From assembly GCF_009914755.1 (NCBI RefSeq), contig NC_060926.1: a stretch of 64,000 nt of DNA. One strand, 5' to 3'. This DNA comes from the human T2T-CHM13v2.0 reference genome, Homo sapiens. Under the pieces are notes generated by a model that was not told the origin of the DNA, ran no database searches, and saw only the letters and a program-made list of their open reading frames with translations. The translations under genes were made by a program, and so were the position numbers. Shown piece after piece: positions 38,904 to 60,139 of this stretch; within the stretch, counting starts at the first letter, position 1; each line of letters opens with the position of its first letter.

Positions 38904-39545
38904 CACCTGCTCGGGAACAGGCCCCTCTAGGTGCTGGGGACAGCTCAGTGAGACAGGCCTGGCCTCCTTGGAGCTCGCAGGGGCCACCAGAGGGAAAAAA
39001 GGACTACAAGGGAGAGGGAAGTGGCAGAGCCCATTGCAGGGGAGGTACTGGTGAGGAGCAGGTCACAGGGGAGGCCACAGCCCTGGGTGACTGGGACTGG
39101 GGGAGCTTCACTGGTCCTTGGAGCTGGGACCTTGGATTTCAGCTTCAGCCCAGCAGGAGGCATGGGCAGCCCCATGCCTGGAGCACAAGGGCAGCTGCTG
39201 CCCAGCAGGTGACACTGAAACATCATCAATCTCTCCAAGGAGGGGACACAGGGCATCCGTGGAGATTGTGGGGTGTGTTAGGGTCCAGGTGGGGCAGGTG
39301 GCCAGGAAGTGTGGCCTGAGACAGGGGGACAGCATGGTGGCACCTTTCCTGTGACAAGAAGGGCTTGAACCTACCATCAAGGGGGCAGGAAGATGGGGCT
39401 TATTGAGGCAAAAGGTGCCCCCAGCACCCCTAAGAGAGGGACTGGCTGATCCCAGATCACCTACATCATTTCCACATTCCTTCCTGGTCCTTGAATTGGT
39501 ACGTTAGCCTCTTCCCAGGTAGGAAGCACAGGTTTGTCTTGGGCC

Positions 39546-39876
<331 letters not shown>

Positions 39877-41119
39877 TGAGACAGGAGGATTTAGACAGAG
39901 GAAGGAGACACAGATGAAGTTTCTGGCTTGGCAGAAAAGTCCCTGCAAGGGAAGGAGCTGGGACAGTGGCCCCAGAAGACGCTCTGTGTCCGAGGAAGAC
40001 CTGCATGGCATGGATCTCTAATGGAACCCTTGACAGTTGTGGAAAAGGTGGAGAAGCCAATCAATCACACAGGGAGACAGCTGTCACCCTGCCCTGGGGA
40101 TGGCTGCCCACTGGGGTATTTTGGTGTTCTGAGCGTGAACAAAGGTGAGGGCGAGAGAAAGATCCTGGAAAAATCTTAAGTGGAAATTCAGAAATTGGGG
40201 AGCCAGCAGTGGGGAGGGGCAGTAACAGGAAAGGGGCTGGAGAAGGGAAACTTGGAGCAAGGCCGGGAAGCCTAGAAAGTTCTGTACCTGGGGGTGGGGG
40301 GAGCCCCTACTACGCCGTGGCCACTTGGGGGCGTCGGCTTCGGGAGGTAGAGAGGAGGGTCCCCGAGCGGTGAGGGAAGGAGGAGGGGACCTTTTAGGAC
40401 CAAGACCAGGGCAGAAGGCAGAAAGCAGCAGTTTGGTGCCTGAGGGGTGAATGGAGACCCTCCTGAGGATGGAAATACCTGAAGCAGGTCGGGGTGGGGG
40501 TGCAGGGTTAGCTGAGAGGTCAGGGGTGCCTATCTGAGCAGAGGCCTGCAGGAGGGAAGCCAGGGAGCCTTGGCTCAAGAAGGAGAAAAGTAAGGATGGC
40601 CCCTGGCTTTCCTTAAGGCTGCAGAACTCATTAACACGCTAGGAGAGGAAGCAAGAATGTGCGGGGGAAGCCAGTCTGAGCTCAGAGGGAGAGAAGTTGG
40701 ACTTGGAAATGGCCCACTGTGCCCCGGTCTCGGTCTCGTGTAGGGTTGGGACTAACCTGGAAGGTTAAGTATGAATTACAGGAACAACTCATTGAATACC
40801 AGTTTAACAATCGTAATTTCTAATACAAACAACATCTCTTTTAGAGACGAGAATGCTGAAACCCGGTGAGATTAAGGAACGTTCTTAAGCCCACGTGGCT
40901 GCCACAGTCCAGCTGGGCCCCGAGTCCGGGCCTCTCCACCCCAGGGCCACCTCTTCTCACTCCTTGCTGCTCAGTTTTACATCCTCCAGGCTGGAATGTT
41001 CATGCAAAAGTGGGAAGTGGATTAGAAACTCTGACAAACATCATGTGCAAGAGAAGTGGTATGTCAAATGTGAAGAGCATGCGCTTTCCTGATGCTGGGA
41101 CAGAAATCACTGAAATTAA

Positions 41120-41414
41120 TTTTTTCAGACAAGGTCTCACTCTGTCACCCAGGCTGGAGTGCAGTAGCTCCATCATTGCTCACTGCAGCCTTGAATTCCT
41201 AGACTCGAGCAATCCTCCTTCCTCAGCCTCCCCAGTAGCGAGGACTACAGGCACATACCACCATGCCTGGTTAATTTTCAATTTTTTTTTTTTTTGTAGG
41301 GGTGGATGTCTTGTTATGTTACCAGGCTGGTCTGGAACTCCTGGCCTTAAGCAATCATCCTTCCTCAGCCTCCCAAAGTGCTGGAATTACTGGTGTAAAC
41401 CATTATGCCCAGCC
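41120..41414 (-). mobile_element. AluJ
   Basis: J-type right arm; TSD ctgaaattaaYttt. Confidence 0.88.
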
Positions 41415-42357
41415 TGAAATTAACTTTAAACCTAGGAAGAAGAGAGTGGCATAGAGTTTGAGACAATTTGTTTTTTACAGGATGGAAGTCCGATGCCAGA
41501 GAGTTGTAGGTTATGGATTTGTATCTATAACCTGTGATGTGAAGACAGCCTTCCAGGGAAGGGGCAGAGCCAGAGGGGAAAGAACAAGCTAGACATTCCG
41601 GCCAGCAAAAAAGGCCAATGACAGCGTGATGGAGAAGAGGAACCGTGAGCTGCATGAACTGCAGCAAGCGAAGCACAAATGAGCCATCGGTGTGGGTGAT
41701 GGAGGAAGGAGAAGCCGGGAGGACTCTGGGGAAGAAGCCTGCAGGCTTGGCAGGCATTAGGCAGGGCAGGGAAATTTCAGACAATGGAACTTCTAAAAAG
41801 TTAAACGTTTTATTTTATATTTACAAAAAAGCTGCGGATGATGGAATTCTAAAGCCAGCTCTTCAAGGAACCAAAGGGCTCGGAGCGTAAGATTGAGAAG
41901 TTAATGATTTGGAGATCTGCCTATCTGCACATAGTGGGTTCTCAGTGTAAGAGGTTGAATGAACGAAAAGCAGGCAAATTAGGAAATGAAATAAGGAATT
42001 GAGAGTGGACGGGGAGATTGGGGACAGCTCTCAGGATCCCCCAGCCATCTCTCCAGCCACAGTGCCATTTGCTGAAGGGGAGGGGCTTTCTGGGGTCACA
42101 GAGCTTCAACAGCCAGGACTAGAATCTTCCCCCATCACCTGATACCTGGCCGTGTTCTCCTTCCCTTTCTCCTTCTGCCATGTATAGGGAGTTCTGGAAT
42201 TTGTTTTATATTGTCGGAAGACCTGAGCAAACTGTTAGATGAGATAACAGCTTGAGTTAATCCCAGTTCCCAACTTCCCATTAAAATCCCAATGCAATCA
42301 TACCACAGGAAGATGCTACCTCTGCACTAGAAGGCAACATTAAGAATTCAGTTTATG

Positions 42358-42993
<636 letters not shown>

Positions 42994-43094
42994 TCAGTTT
43001 ATGGCAGGACCAGCAGGCTCTTCCACTAAATATGCTAATAAAAAGTAAAATGTTGAAGCATTGCTGAAGATTGACTTTTGCTTTAAAATTCTTA

Positions 43095-43935
43095 AAAAAA
43101 GAAGACATACAAATGGAAAACAGATACATGAAAAAATGCTCAAGATCACTGATCAATAGAAAAAGACAAAACAATGAGATACCATCTCACACCTGTCAGC
43201 ATGGCAGTTATAAGAAAGATAAGACAGAGCAAGTGTTGGTGAACGAAGATGTGGGAAAAGGGCACCCTTGTGTGCTGGTGGTAGGAACGTAAATTGGAAC
43301 AGCTATTATGGAAAACAGTGTGGAGGTTCCTCAAGAGGTTAAAAATAGAACTACCATGTGACCCAGCAACCCCACTTCTGGAAATAAATCCAAAGGAAAT
43401 AAAATGAGCATCTTGAAGAGATATCTACACAACCATGTTCATTATTCATGATAGCCAAGATGTGGAATCAACCCATATGTCCATCTACAGATAAATGGAT
43501 AAAGAAATTGTGGTACATATATGTGGTGGAATATCATTCAGCCATAAAAAAGGAGAAAATCCTGCCATTTGCAACAGCATGGATGAGCTTGGTTGAGCTT
43601 TCTGTATATGGTTAAGTGAAATAAACCACACACAGAAGGAAAAATACTGCATGATCTTATATGTGGAATCTAAAAAGTCAAACTCTTAGAAGCAGAGAGT
43701 AAAGCAATGTTTGCCAAGGGCTGGGGGTCCTTGGCAAAGGGGAGATGTGGGTCAAAGGGTAAAACCTTTCAATTATAAGATGAACAAGTTCTGGGGATCT
43801 AACATATAGCACAGGTGGTGATGGATGTGTTAATTTGACTGTGATAATCACTACACGATGTATATATCTATCACATCATCACATTGTATACCTTGAACAT
43901 ATTCCACATTTGTCAATTAAATATCTTTAAAAATT
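43095..43935 (+). mobile_element. L1MA-type 3' end
   Basis: aagaagacatacaaatgg...aatagaactaccatgtgacccagcaa...atcacattgtataccttgaa. Confidence 0.85.
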
Positions 43936-43970
43936 ATATACACAGTTTATAAGTCAAAAGACAAAATTAG

Positions 43971-44339
<369 letters not shown>

Positions 44340-45057
44340 AGAGCAGGACTTTTTTGATGTTCTGGAATTGCTGCTAAGGCCAAACAAATTTCTGCTGTAG
44401 CTTGGGTCTGCTGGCAACCTGAGGGATCGGTGAGGGAGGTGTGCCTCCTATGGTAGTCCCCACTCTCAGATAAAAGAAGAGGAAGAAGAAGGGAGGAGCT
44501 TGGCCCTCTGGGGGTGCTGTAGCCCATGCAAAGAGGAAGCTGGCTCCAAAGAAGCCCTGGAAAGGCCCAGGGCTCCCTGCAGGAAGGAGAGGCTCCCAGA
44601 TGGAAGCTCATAAGGCTGTGGAACCCATGGGCCCATTCCAGAGTCTCCTGGGAAAGGGTTCTGAGAGCCTAGGGTTATGGTGCTGAGATATGGGAATACG
44701 CTGCCCATGGGAATGGAGCTGGCTTTGAGCTGGGGGATTTCTGAAGGTAGGGACCTGCTGGAAGACTTTGTTCCATGGGGCTCAAAGGGATTGTGGCCTG
44801 TGTGTCCTTGAAGAAAATGAACCCCCTCAGCCTTATCTTTGTTCTCCATGGCCTTTGGAGCAGCCCTTTACAAGAAGACCCTAGAGTTCCCTGAGGGTCC
44901 TTGGAACCCAAATGTCAGCAAGTGGTAGGGGTTGGGGACTGCCCACATGGCCACTGGGCCAAGCAATAGGAGACCCAAGCTGGAGAAGGGATTGCAAGCA
45001 GGCATGTGCCCCCAGGGCCAGAGGGAGATGTGGTCACCCTTCTGGAAGGGATGGTCT

Positions 45058-45059
<2 letters not shown>

Positions 45060-45103
<44 letters not shown>
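45060..45103. repeat. (TG)n microsatellite
   Basis: ~22 TG units; another (TG)n at ~24459-24486. Confidence 0.95.
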
Positions 45104-45105
<2 letters not shown>

Positions 45106-46181
45106 TGACAATCTCAAAGACCCCAGAGGGATGCCTCCTACCGCTGTGCGCAGCTGGTGGAGTAGAGGTGCCTTAGCTGGCTGATCCCTGCTCCCTCCCC
45201 CACCACTGGGGGAGGAGGGGAGGTGGGGAGAGTGGCTCCAGGCCAGCTCCTTGCCACTCCCCAAACTGTCTGCAAGAAGAGCTTTGAACACTATGAGATT
45301 GAACTTTGGAAAATTGTAACGTGGCTGAAATGTGCAAAGGCTATAAACAGCACACAGAAAGTTGATACAAATCACCCTTAAAATCTTGTGAAAGGATTTT
45401 CAACCCTGTGCCTCTTAAGAGGAAAGAAAATTCAAACCACACTGAGATGTCTTTTTTCACTTGCTATATTGGCAAAAACTCAAAAGTTTGAAGAGTAATT
45501 GGTGCAGCCAAGGGCAGCAGGCAGCCGCCATCCCTGCTGGTGGGAGTTTACATGGATTCCAGCCCTACGGGGCAGTTTGGCAATGCCTATCAAAATAAAA
45601 TAGCAAATACGCTTTGACCCAGCCATCTCCGCTGCAGGAATTTGGCCACTGGATCTGCCTGCACTGTAGGGAGTGTCCTGGGTGCAGGTGACTCACTCCA
45701 GCATCATCCTGGAGCCAGTGACTCATGGCAGCATTGTTCAAGGGCAAGCAATTGGAAGCAACTGGGGTGTCTTTTGATCAGAAACTGGCCCCACAGATGA
45801 GAAAATTCTAAACATTTTCACAAATGGGAGATGATGCAGTTGTAAAAGCAAAAAAGAGGAAGTTCCATGTACAGTACTGATCAGGAAAGGATGCTGGGAA
45901 AAATCCAGAAAAAAAGCAAGAATAGAAGAGTATATTTTGTATGTTTCTATCAGCATAAAGAGAGAAATGTATTCAAATTTATTCAAATCTGCCTAAAAAC
46001 TTCTGGAAGGAGTTACAAGAAATTAGTATCAAAATTATTATCAATGGTTACACACACACAAACACACATATATCTGAAATAAGATTAAATTAGATGAGGG
46101 AGCCTGGATAGTTGGGGAGTAGGGCTGGGAGGAAGAATTTAAGGTATGTACCTTTTAATACATTTTTGGTTCTTAAAGCTA

Positions 46182-46496
<315 letters not shown>

Positions 46497-46849
46497 CTAT
46501 GCCAGAGTATTATGTATTCAAAAATTAAATATGTCTTTTGAGAAAAAATGACTAGCACAGAACCTTAAATACAGAAATGAGTCTATTCTAAAAACTAAAG
46601 GAGACAGGGAAGTTATGGGATCTGGACAACAAACCTCCAAGACCCCTGCTATGCAGCAGAGAAATGAGTCTAGACAGAGAGAAGTTAGAGGCCATGATGG
46701 GGAAAAATAAAGCTGTTTTATATGTATACTTTCAAAAACTGTGGTTTCCCAAAGAATTAGGTATGGAATAAGGATGAACAGTTAAATGAGATGTTTTAAT
46801 TTCTTTATCAAAGTGTTTTCAGAGTGATTTAACTTAAAAAAATTGAGGC

Positions 46850-51105
<4,256 letters not shown>

Positions 51106-51107
51106 TA

Positions 51108-51403
51108 GGCTGGGTCCGGTGGCTCATGCCTGTAATCCCAGCACTTTGGGAGGCCGAATTGGGTGGATCACTTGAGGTACGGAGTTCAAGACCAGACTGG
51201 CCAACATGGTGAAACCCCATCTCTACTAAAAATACAAAAAGTAGCTGGGCGTGGTAGTGGCTGCCTGTAATCTCAGCTACTCAGGGGGCTGAGACAGGAG
51301 AATCACTTGAACCCGGGAGGCGGAGGTTGCAGTGAGCCGAGTTTGCACCACCCCACTTCAGCCTGGGTAACGGAGCGAGACTTTGTCTCAAAAAAAAAAA
51401 AAA
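51108..51403 (+). mobile_element. AluS
   Basis: Full dimer directly after the L1 3' end. Confidence 0.9.
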
Positions 51404-51859
51404 AGATATTAAAAAAATAGAGGGATATCAATAGAAGTTTTGAACACTGGTTAACAGTTGGGGAAAAATGTCAACTTAAGCCTTCATAATAAATTTCCTA
51501 AGTAAACTCCAAAGGAATTAAAGCATTAAATATTTTCTTCAAATCACAGAATATTTTGAGAAAGAATTTGGTGGTTCCCACAGCTTGCCATATGACACCG
51601 GGGAAGCTGTGGGTGTTGGGAGCGGGGAGTGGAGCCAGCCAGGCATGGCTTGTCATCCCCGTTCGGCCCTTCGCTGGCTGAATGCATTGGGCATGTGGGT
51701 TCCCCTTGGGGCCTCCTGTTGCTCCAATGTCTTGCAGGGAGGACAAATGTTATCCAACTCCTGGGACTGATGTGAGGTTGCACACTGCTGGCACTCAGTA
51801 TGTGGGAGCTGCTTTATTTATGCATTATTATACAAATTAACATAGAAGATACTATTCCA

Positions 51860-53330
51860 TCCACAAATATAATACATACACATATACATATATGGATATA
51901 TACATGCATATAATACATACATACATATGTATTATATACATACATGGATATATACACACATATAATACATACATATGTATTATATGTACATATACATATA
52001 TGTATAACTACACATATATGTATAATACATATAAGTATACTGTATATGTGTACAGTATGTATACTGTATATGTGTACAGTATGTATACTGTGTACAGTAT
52101 GTATACTGTGTACAGAATGTATACTGTGTACAGTATGTATACTGTGTACAGCATGTATACTGTATATGTGTACAGCATGTATACTGTATATGTGTACAGC
52201 ATGTATACTGTATATGTGTACAGTATGTATACTGTATATGTGTACAGTATGTATACTGTATATGTGTACAGTATGTGTACTGTATATGTGTACAGTATGT
52301 GTACTGTATATGTGTACAGTATGTGTACTGTATATGTGTACAGTATGTGTACTGTATATGTGTACAGTATGTGTACTGTGTACAGTATGTGTACTGTATA
52401 TGTGTACAGTATGTATACTGCGTACAGCATGTATACTGTATATATGTACAGTATGTATACTGTATATATGTACAGTATGTATACTGTATACAGTATGTAT
52501 ACTGTATACAGTATGTATACTGTATACAGCATGTATACTGTATACAGCATGTATACTGTATACAGCATGTATACTGTATATATGTACAGTATGTATACCG
52601 TATACAGCATGTATACTGTATATATGTACAGTATGTATACCGTATACAGTATGTATACCGTATACATATACAGTATGTATACCGTATACAGTATGTATAC
52701 CGTATATATATACACAGTATGTATACCGTATATATATACACAGTATGTATACCGTATATATATACACAGTATGTATACCGTATATATATACACAGTATGT
52801 ATACCGTATATATATACACAGTATGTATACCGTATATATATACACAGTATGTATACCGTATATATATACACAGTATGTATACCGTATATATATACACAGT
52901 ATGTATACCGTATATATACACAGTATGTATACTATATACAGTATGTATACTATATACAGTATGTATACTATATACACAGTATGTATACTGTATATATACA
53001 CAGTATGTATACTGTATATATATACAGTATGTATACGTATGTATACTGTATATATGTATTATAGTGTATATATGTATTATAGTGTATATATGTATTATAT
53101 ATTGTAGTGTATGTATTATATGTGTATATACATATAATATATTATACATATACATATGCACAATATGTATATGTATTATATGTATTCATATACATATATG
53201 TATATGTATAATATATGTATACATATAATACACATGCATATTGTGTATATGTATATGTATAATATATTGTATGTATATACACATATAATACATACACTAT
53301 AATACATATATGGATATGTGTATATATCAC
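51860..53330. repeat. AT-rich minisatellite (core ~52035-53050, units mostly 18/24/26 bp built on CAGTATGTATACTG) with degenerate (TA/CA/TG)n flanks
   Basis: Direct tandem repetition visible; stop-free in all six frames. Confidence 0.95.
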
Positions 53331-53503
53331 TTATCCAACACAGCATAAATCCAAAAGAGGACAAAAGAAAGAATAAAAGGGTGTGAGCGTAAAACTGAAT
53401 GGGGGATAAGGTTAAGAAATTTGTATTACAAAGACTCTAGTGTGGATGGGCTCAAACTTCCCTAAGCTTCCTGGCAGTCAACATGAAAAGGAGAAATGTG
53501 TCA

Positions 53504-53877
<374 letters not shown>

Positions 53878-53903
53878 TCACATGTTTAAGAGCTTGTTAA
53901 ATA

Positions 53904-54209
53904 TAGTCTTCCCTTGGTATCCGTGGGGGGATTGGTTCCAGGACCCCCATAGATACTGAAATCCATGAATGTCCAAGTCCCTTTGTAAAATAGTGTAGCA
54001 TTTGCATATAACCTACAAAGTATAACTTGATGGTTTCACACAAAAAGACAGCCAAGCGCACCACCACGCCTGGCTCATTTTTGTGTTTTTAGTAGAGGCG
54101 GGGTTTCACCATATTGGCCAGGCTGGGCTCGAACTCCTAACCTCAGGTGATCTGTCTGCCTCAGCCTCCCAAAGTGCTGGGATTACAGGTGTGAGCCACA
54201 GCGCCTGGC
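53904..54209. mobile_element. 5' part of MER2 (TcMar-Tigger; +, 53904-54016) followed by a lone Alu left arm (-, 54052-54209)
   Basis: ggtatccgtgggggattggttccaggacccc...tttgcatataacctac matches the remembered MER2 consensus. Confidence 0.8.
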
Positions 54210-57200
54210 ATCGTTTACCCTTTCTTATGGTTAAAAGATTTTTTTAAAATTTTAGCAGGATACATAAAGAGCCCATGTTAAGTGTACAGATTGCTGGATG
54301 TTTACAGACTCAACCCAGATGCAGAAGGAGAACTTTATTGCCACTTCAGAAAGTGTCCTAACGCCCACTCGAAGTCACTGCTCCCTGCCCCCAAGGGTGA
54401 CCTCTGACTTCTAACAGTTTATGGAACTAGAATCATTCTGAACGTTCTCTCTTGTGCCTGGCGTCCTTCCTCAGTGCACCCTCATAGTTGAGCACTGGGT
54501 CCTTGTAGGTGGTTTGCTCTCAGTGCCGTGTGGCAGTGGTTCTCACTCCGGCACTGGCCTGGGGATCACCAGGAGGGTTCATGCACAGATTGCTGGGCCC
54601 AGAGCTTCTGATTCAGGAAGTCTCACCCGGGCCCTGGGAACCTGCTTTTCTAACACATTCTCAGACGCTGCTGCTGGGGCTGAGACTGGGGTACACACCG
54701 TGAGAATTCTCTTTTCTCTGGAAAAGGAGCCTGCCCTTGTCGTTGTTGTTGCTTTTAGGAATCGCTAAGGGGCAGCACGCCTCACAGGGGTTGGAGGGAC
54801 AGGGTGGTGTGGAGACCAGGGCGGGGTCCTGAGGTGACACAGGCCTCTGCAGTGAAACTGTCAAAGTGAAGTGAAGCTGGCATCCAAGCCAGAACCCCCG
54901 GGCACCTTTGGGAATATGCACCCTCCTTGGGCCTACGGTGGAGATTTCTAGAACACAGAAATATCCACCGTAGATTTCTGCTCACGGCACCAGTCGACTC
55001 CCTATTCTCCCTCAGAAAGGGCTCTGGCGAAGCATCCCACATTCTCCCTCTTCTCTCTGATGCCTGCCATCCCCTAGGGCTTCAGGCAAGGCTCTGGCGA
55101 CCTGGCCTCCCCACTGCTTCCCGCCACCCTGCTGCTGTTCGTGCCCTCTGCTCTCCAGGGCCCACCCTCTGTCCTTTCCCTCTGTTGGAATCTCTCCTGC
55201 TCGGGGGTGTTAGCTGATGGCTCTGTTTAGATGGCTGCACCTTCCCTGTGCTCTGTATGTTGAATAGCCCACGCCTCTGCCTGGCGTCACCGAGCGCTAC
55301 CAGCAGGTCCACCCACAGGTGGCCGTGGGTGATCCTGGCAAGCTTCGCTACAAGTCCTCAGCCACATTTGGGAAACGTGCCCCGATAGGACAGGGGGTGG
55401 CTTCTGCCACCTGCAGCCCCTCTCTGCCCCATGGTTTCTGAGCAGGAGGTCACAGGGCCGAGAAGAGCAGCAGGGACCCAGGCCAGAAGGTGGTGGTGGA
55501 GACAAACCCTCCTGGAGAGGAACTGCCCTGGGCAGCGATGCTCTTCCCCCTCTTCCCAGAGGAAACCGCAGTGGGAGTTTCAGCGCTGAGATAGGCCCTT
55601 TCCATTGAGCTCATTTGATCTTCACAACAACCCCAGGGGATGGGGTGGGAGTAGGGTGGCTACTATTGAATCTGAGGCTCAGAGACACTCAGTAACTTGT
55701 CCAGGATCACACAGCTGGTAAGTGGCTGAGGTGGGATTCAAACCAGGCTCTTCCAGGTCCCAGAAGAAAGGTATGGCTGGTATCAGCACAGGGGAGGTGG
55801 AGAGACTGCCTGCGAGGTGGAGCATGGCGCATGTGCTTAGGAAGCATGGCTGCCCCAGTCAAAGAGCAAAGACCAGGGACAGCGCAGCCAGAGACAGAGC
55901 CAGAGGCCAGGACAAGGCAAGCCTGGCTCTCTCTGGGGAACTAAGCCCTGGCACTCACCAGCCGGCTCATGCCATAGGGGGGCTACAGTCCGCTCAGTAA
56001 AGCTCTCCCTCCATGCTGGGTGAAGCCTTCTACACAGGGGGCCCTGGGCAGTTTGGGGGCAGGGGCTCAAAGCAGTGGCAGGTGTCTTTCCCACAGTGGC
56101 TGTGGTGGTGGATGGGTGGGTGTCTCCTGCTTCTTGTGCAGCCCTGTAGGTGCCAGGCCAGTCGTCTCTCTTCTTCTGATGTCTAACACCCCTAGGAAGG
56201 TGTTCCCTCCCAGCATGTCCTAGCAGGACTCCGGGCCAGGTCTCCCTGGGCACTCGACACACCCCAGGAGCCTCTGGTCCTATCTGTAGGGTGATGCTGC
56301 ATATCTAGTTCATGGTATGAGGTTCAATATGGGGTCCTCAGTGGGTGGGTTCTGCCCGCTCATACAATGAGCATAACTGCGTGCCACACTGTGCTAGGCC
56401 TCTGGTCATGAGACAGACAGGGTCTCCTGGTTTGGGACCCCGGAACAGCAGGCAGAAGGGAATTTTCTAACATCCCCCATCTTTCCAAACCTGAACTTGC
56501 CTCTCCTCTGGCCTCTTTCCCTTCTGGAAGCTTCCCACATCTGAGCAGTGATACTGCAGGGATTAAATGAGATTATGATGATGGGCATGGCAGACACTCA
56601 CCATGGCAATCCTCCCAGGCTGCCCTTTTTATTATTTGCAACTAAGTGAATGATCTGCTTTTTAAAATAGTTTTTACTTTTTGGTGTATAAAGAATCAAC
56701 GGTTGTAAAATGTATATAATGTTCAATATAAAAATTGGATATAGAGTTAAAAAAAAAATCGAGTGTCTGTCAGAGCCCTCCCCTTGTCTCTGACCCAGTA
56801 AATGACATCTATGCTGCATTGTGTCGGGGACTGGTGGGTGGAACTGTTGAGTCCTGCCCCCTCTGGACATGCTGGTGACAGCAGCCACTCTAAGCCAGGT
56901 GGGAGAGGAGAGGGGTGCCTATTTTATTCAAGTGAAGTCCAGCAGCTGCTGCCATGTGTGACTGTGTCTCTCACATTTCCCTGCCATCAGACAGGGCATG
57001 AGCCAGAGGGAGAGAGCTGGGGACAAGGATTGCACCTTCTAGGATGAGTGGCTCAGCGAGCCTCCGCCCTTGGCAAGCTCCCGCCTGTGGGCAAGTTCTG
57101 CCACCCCAGCCAGAGGGAGGAGGGCCAGGGCTGCTGAGCTCCCAGGCCCAGCGCAAGGCAGACGCTACGTAAAAGTGGTGAACATCATTTCCAAAGCCCA

Positions 57201-57362
57201 GTAGGGATGTTTATGTGCAGGGGCTGGCATGACACACTGGGTCTTTGTTGAATTCTAGTCATTGGGTCATTTGCATGTCGGGGTTGCTGTGAACTCCTTT
57301 ATTAACCCATAGTCAGGGAGATTTATAAAAAGGTCGGCTAAAAATGACAACACTAATATTGG

Positions 57363-58301
<939 letters not shown>

Positions 58302-59098
58302 ACTGGAGAAGGAATGAAGGGAACACTTGGATTTCTGGTTGGGAAAGTCTCAGTTTAACCCGATTTCTCGAAACGGCGCCGTGAACCAGTGTTGTACCAG
58401 AGGCAGCCATCTCACCTTCCTGTTCCCGAGCCCCTTCCTTGGGAGCTGCCTTGTCCTCAGCCCTGGAGGGGGCTTTCCCCCATCCTGAGTGCCACTTCCC
58501 CCCATCCCACTGGCCACAGCTGACCAGAGCAGGGTGGAGCTTTGGCCCAGGAGGAATCAACCCAGAGGCTGGGCTGAACCAACCAGATTCCCCCTTCCGG
58601 AGATGAGGATTGGAGTGGCATTGAGTGCAACCGTGGCAGGTTCCTAGGCATGAGACAGACCTCTCGCTCAGGCCCAGCAGAGCAGGCAGGAGGCAACTCC
58701 TAACATCTCTCATCACCCCCAATATAAGCCTCTCCCTTCTGGAAGCTTCTCTCAAGTGTGCAGTGCTAGAAGCATCGAAAGCACCTTTGCACATCCTCAT
58801 GTGAGCCTGTGAGTCTCCCCACGGGCCCATAGGTAGGGGGAGGTGACTCAGACCTGAGGAAGGTTTCCTGAGGATGTGAGCCCAGGAGTGGGCTGGAGGG
58901 ATTCAGGCATGTAGAGGGTGCTGGGGCCTTGGTGGGGGGCAGAGAGGAGAGTGGGAATAGCCAGCGAGAACGGAAGGCGAGAGGGAGGCAGAGGGTGATG
59001 AGGTCGTGCGGGCCATGGGGCAGAAAGGCCAGGATTTCTATGCTGGCTTGGGTGAGTGAGTTTTTCAAGAGGCAGATGTGTTTTTAAAAACGAGCAGT

Positions 59099-59450
59099 AG
59101 CCTGGCCAACGTGCGAAACCCCAACTCTATTAAAAATACAAAAGTTAGCCAGGTGTGGTGGCGTGCGCCTGTAATCCCAGCTACTTTGGGAGGCCGAGGC
59201 GGGTGGATCACCTGAGGTCAGGAGTTTGAGACCAGCCTGGCCAACATGGTGAAACCCTGTCTCTACTAAAAATACAAAAATCAGCCAGTTGTGGTGGCGT
59301 GCACCTGTAATTGCAGCTACTTGGGAGGCTGAGGCAGGAGAATTGCTTGAACCCGGGAGACGGAGGTTGCCCTGAACCATTGCACTCCAGCCTGGGCAAC
59401 AGAGAGAGACTCTGTCTTAAAAAATAATAATAATAAAATAAAAAAAAGAA
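59099..59450 (+). mobile_element. Chimeric Alu (partial left arm + left arm + right arm)
   Basis: Two A-rich linkers; flanked by gagcagta at 59092-59099 and 59454-59461. Confidence 0.85.
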
Positions 59451-59810
59451 AGTGAGCAGTAATGGCAGGGACATTGGGGGCTGTGGTTTTTTCCATTCGT
59501 CTCTCATCTAAAATAGTCACAGGATTTGGGTAAACCCTAGATCCTCCTGTCCTCCTTCCAGCTGCATGGGAGTTGAACCGGTAACTGTGAGGTAATTTTA
59601 GGAGGGACACGAGTCAAACGTTCAAAAAATCAGTAGTTTAATATTTTACTTATTCTAGAAAAAAACCCAGTTAGCACATCAAACCTGTGATTTCACAGAT
59701 ATTAAAGCTTAGGATGAAAATAAATGAAGTAAGAAATTTAATTTAAAGGCAATCTGTAGAAAATATTAATAAGACAGGCAGTACATGGACATGTTAAAAA
59801 TTGTAAATGT

Positions 59811-60139
<329 letters not shown>

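Noticed and set aside
40280-40520. G-rich patch with a few CpGs as a possible CpG-island promoter
   Set aside because: Too short and CpG-poor; no TSS evidence from sequence alone.
52035-53050. CRISPR-like repeat-spacer array
   Set aside because: Eukaryotic intron, spacers are (TA/TG) variants rather than unique sequence, and there are no cas genes.
51814-53228. Six long ORFs (287-395 aa) covering all frames
   Set aside because: Artefact of a stop-free Y/I/C/V/T/H-coding tandem repeat; no splice signals or domain content.
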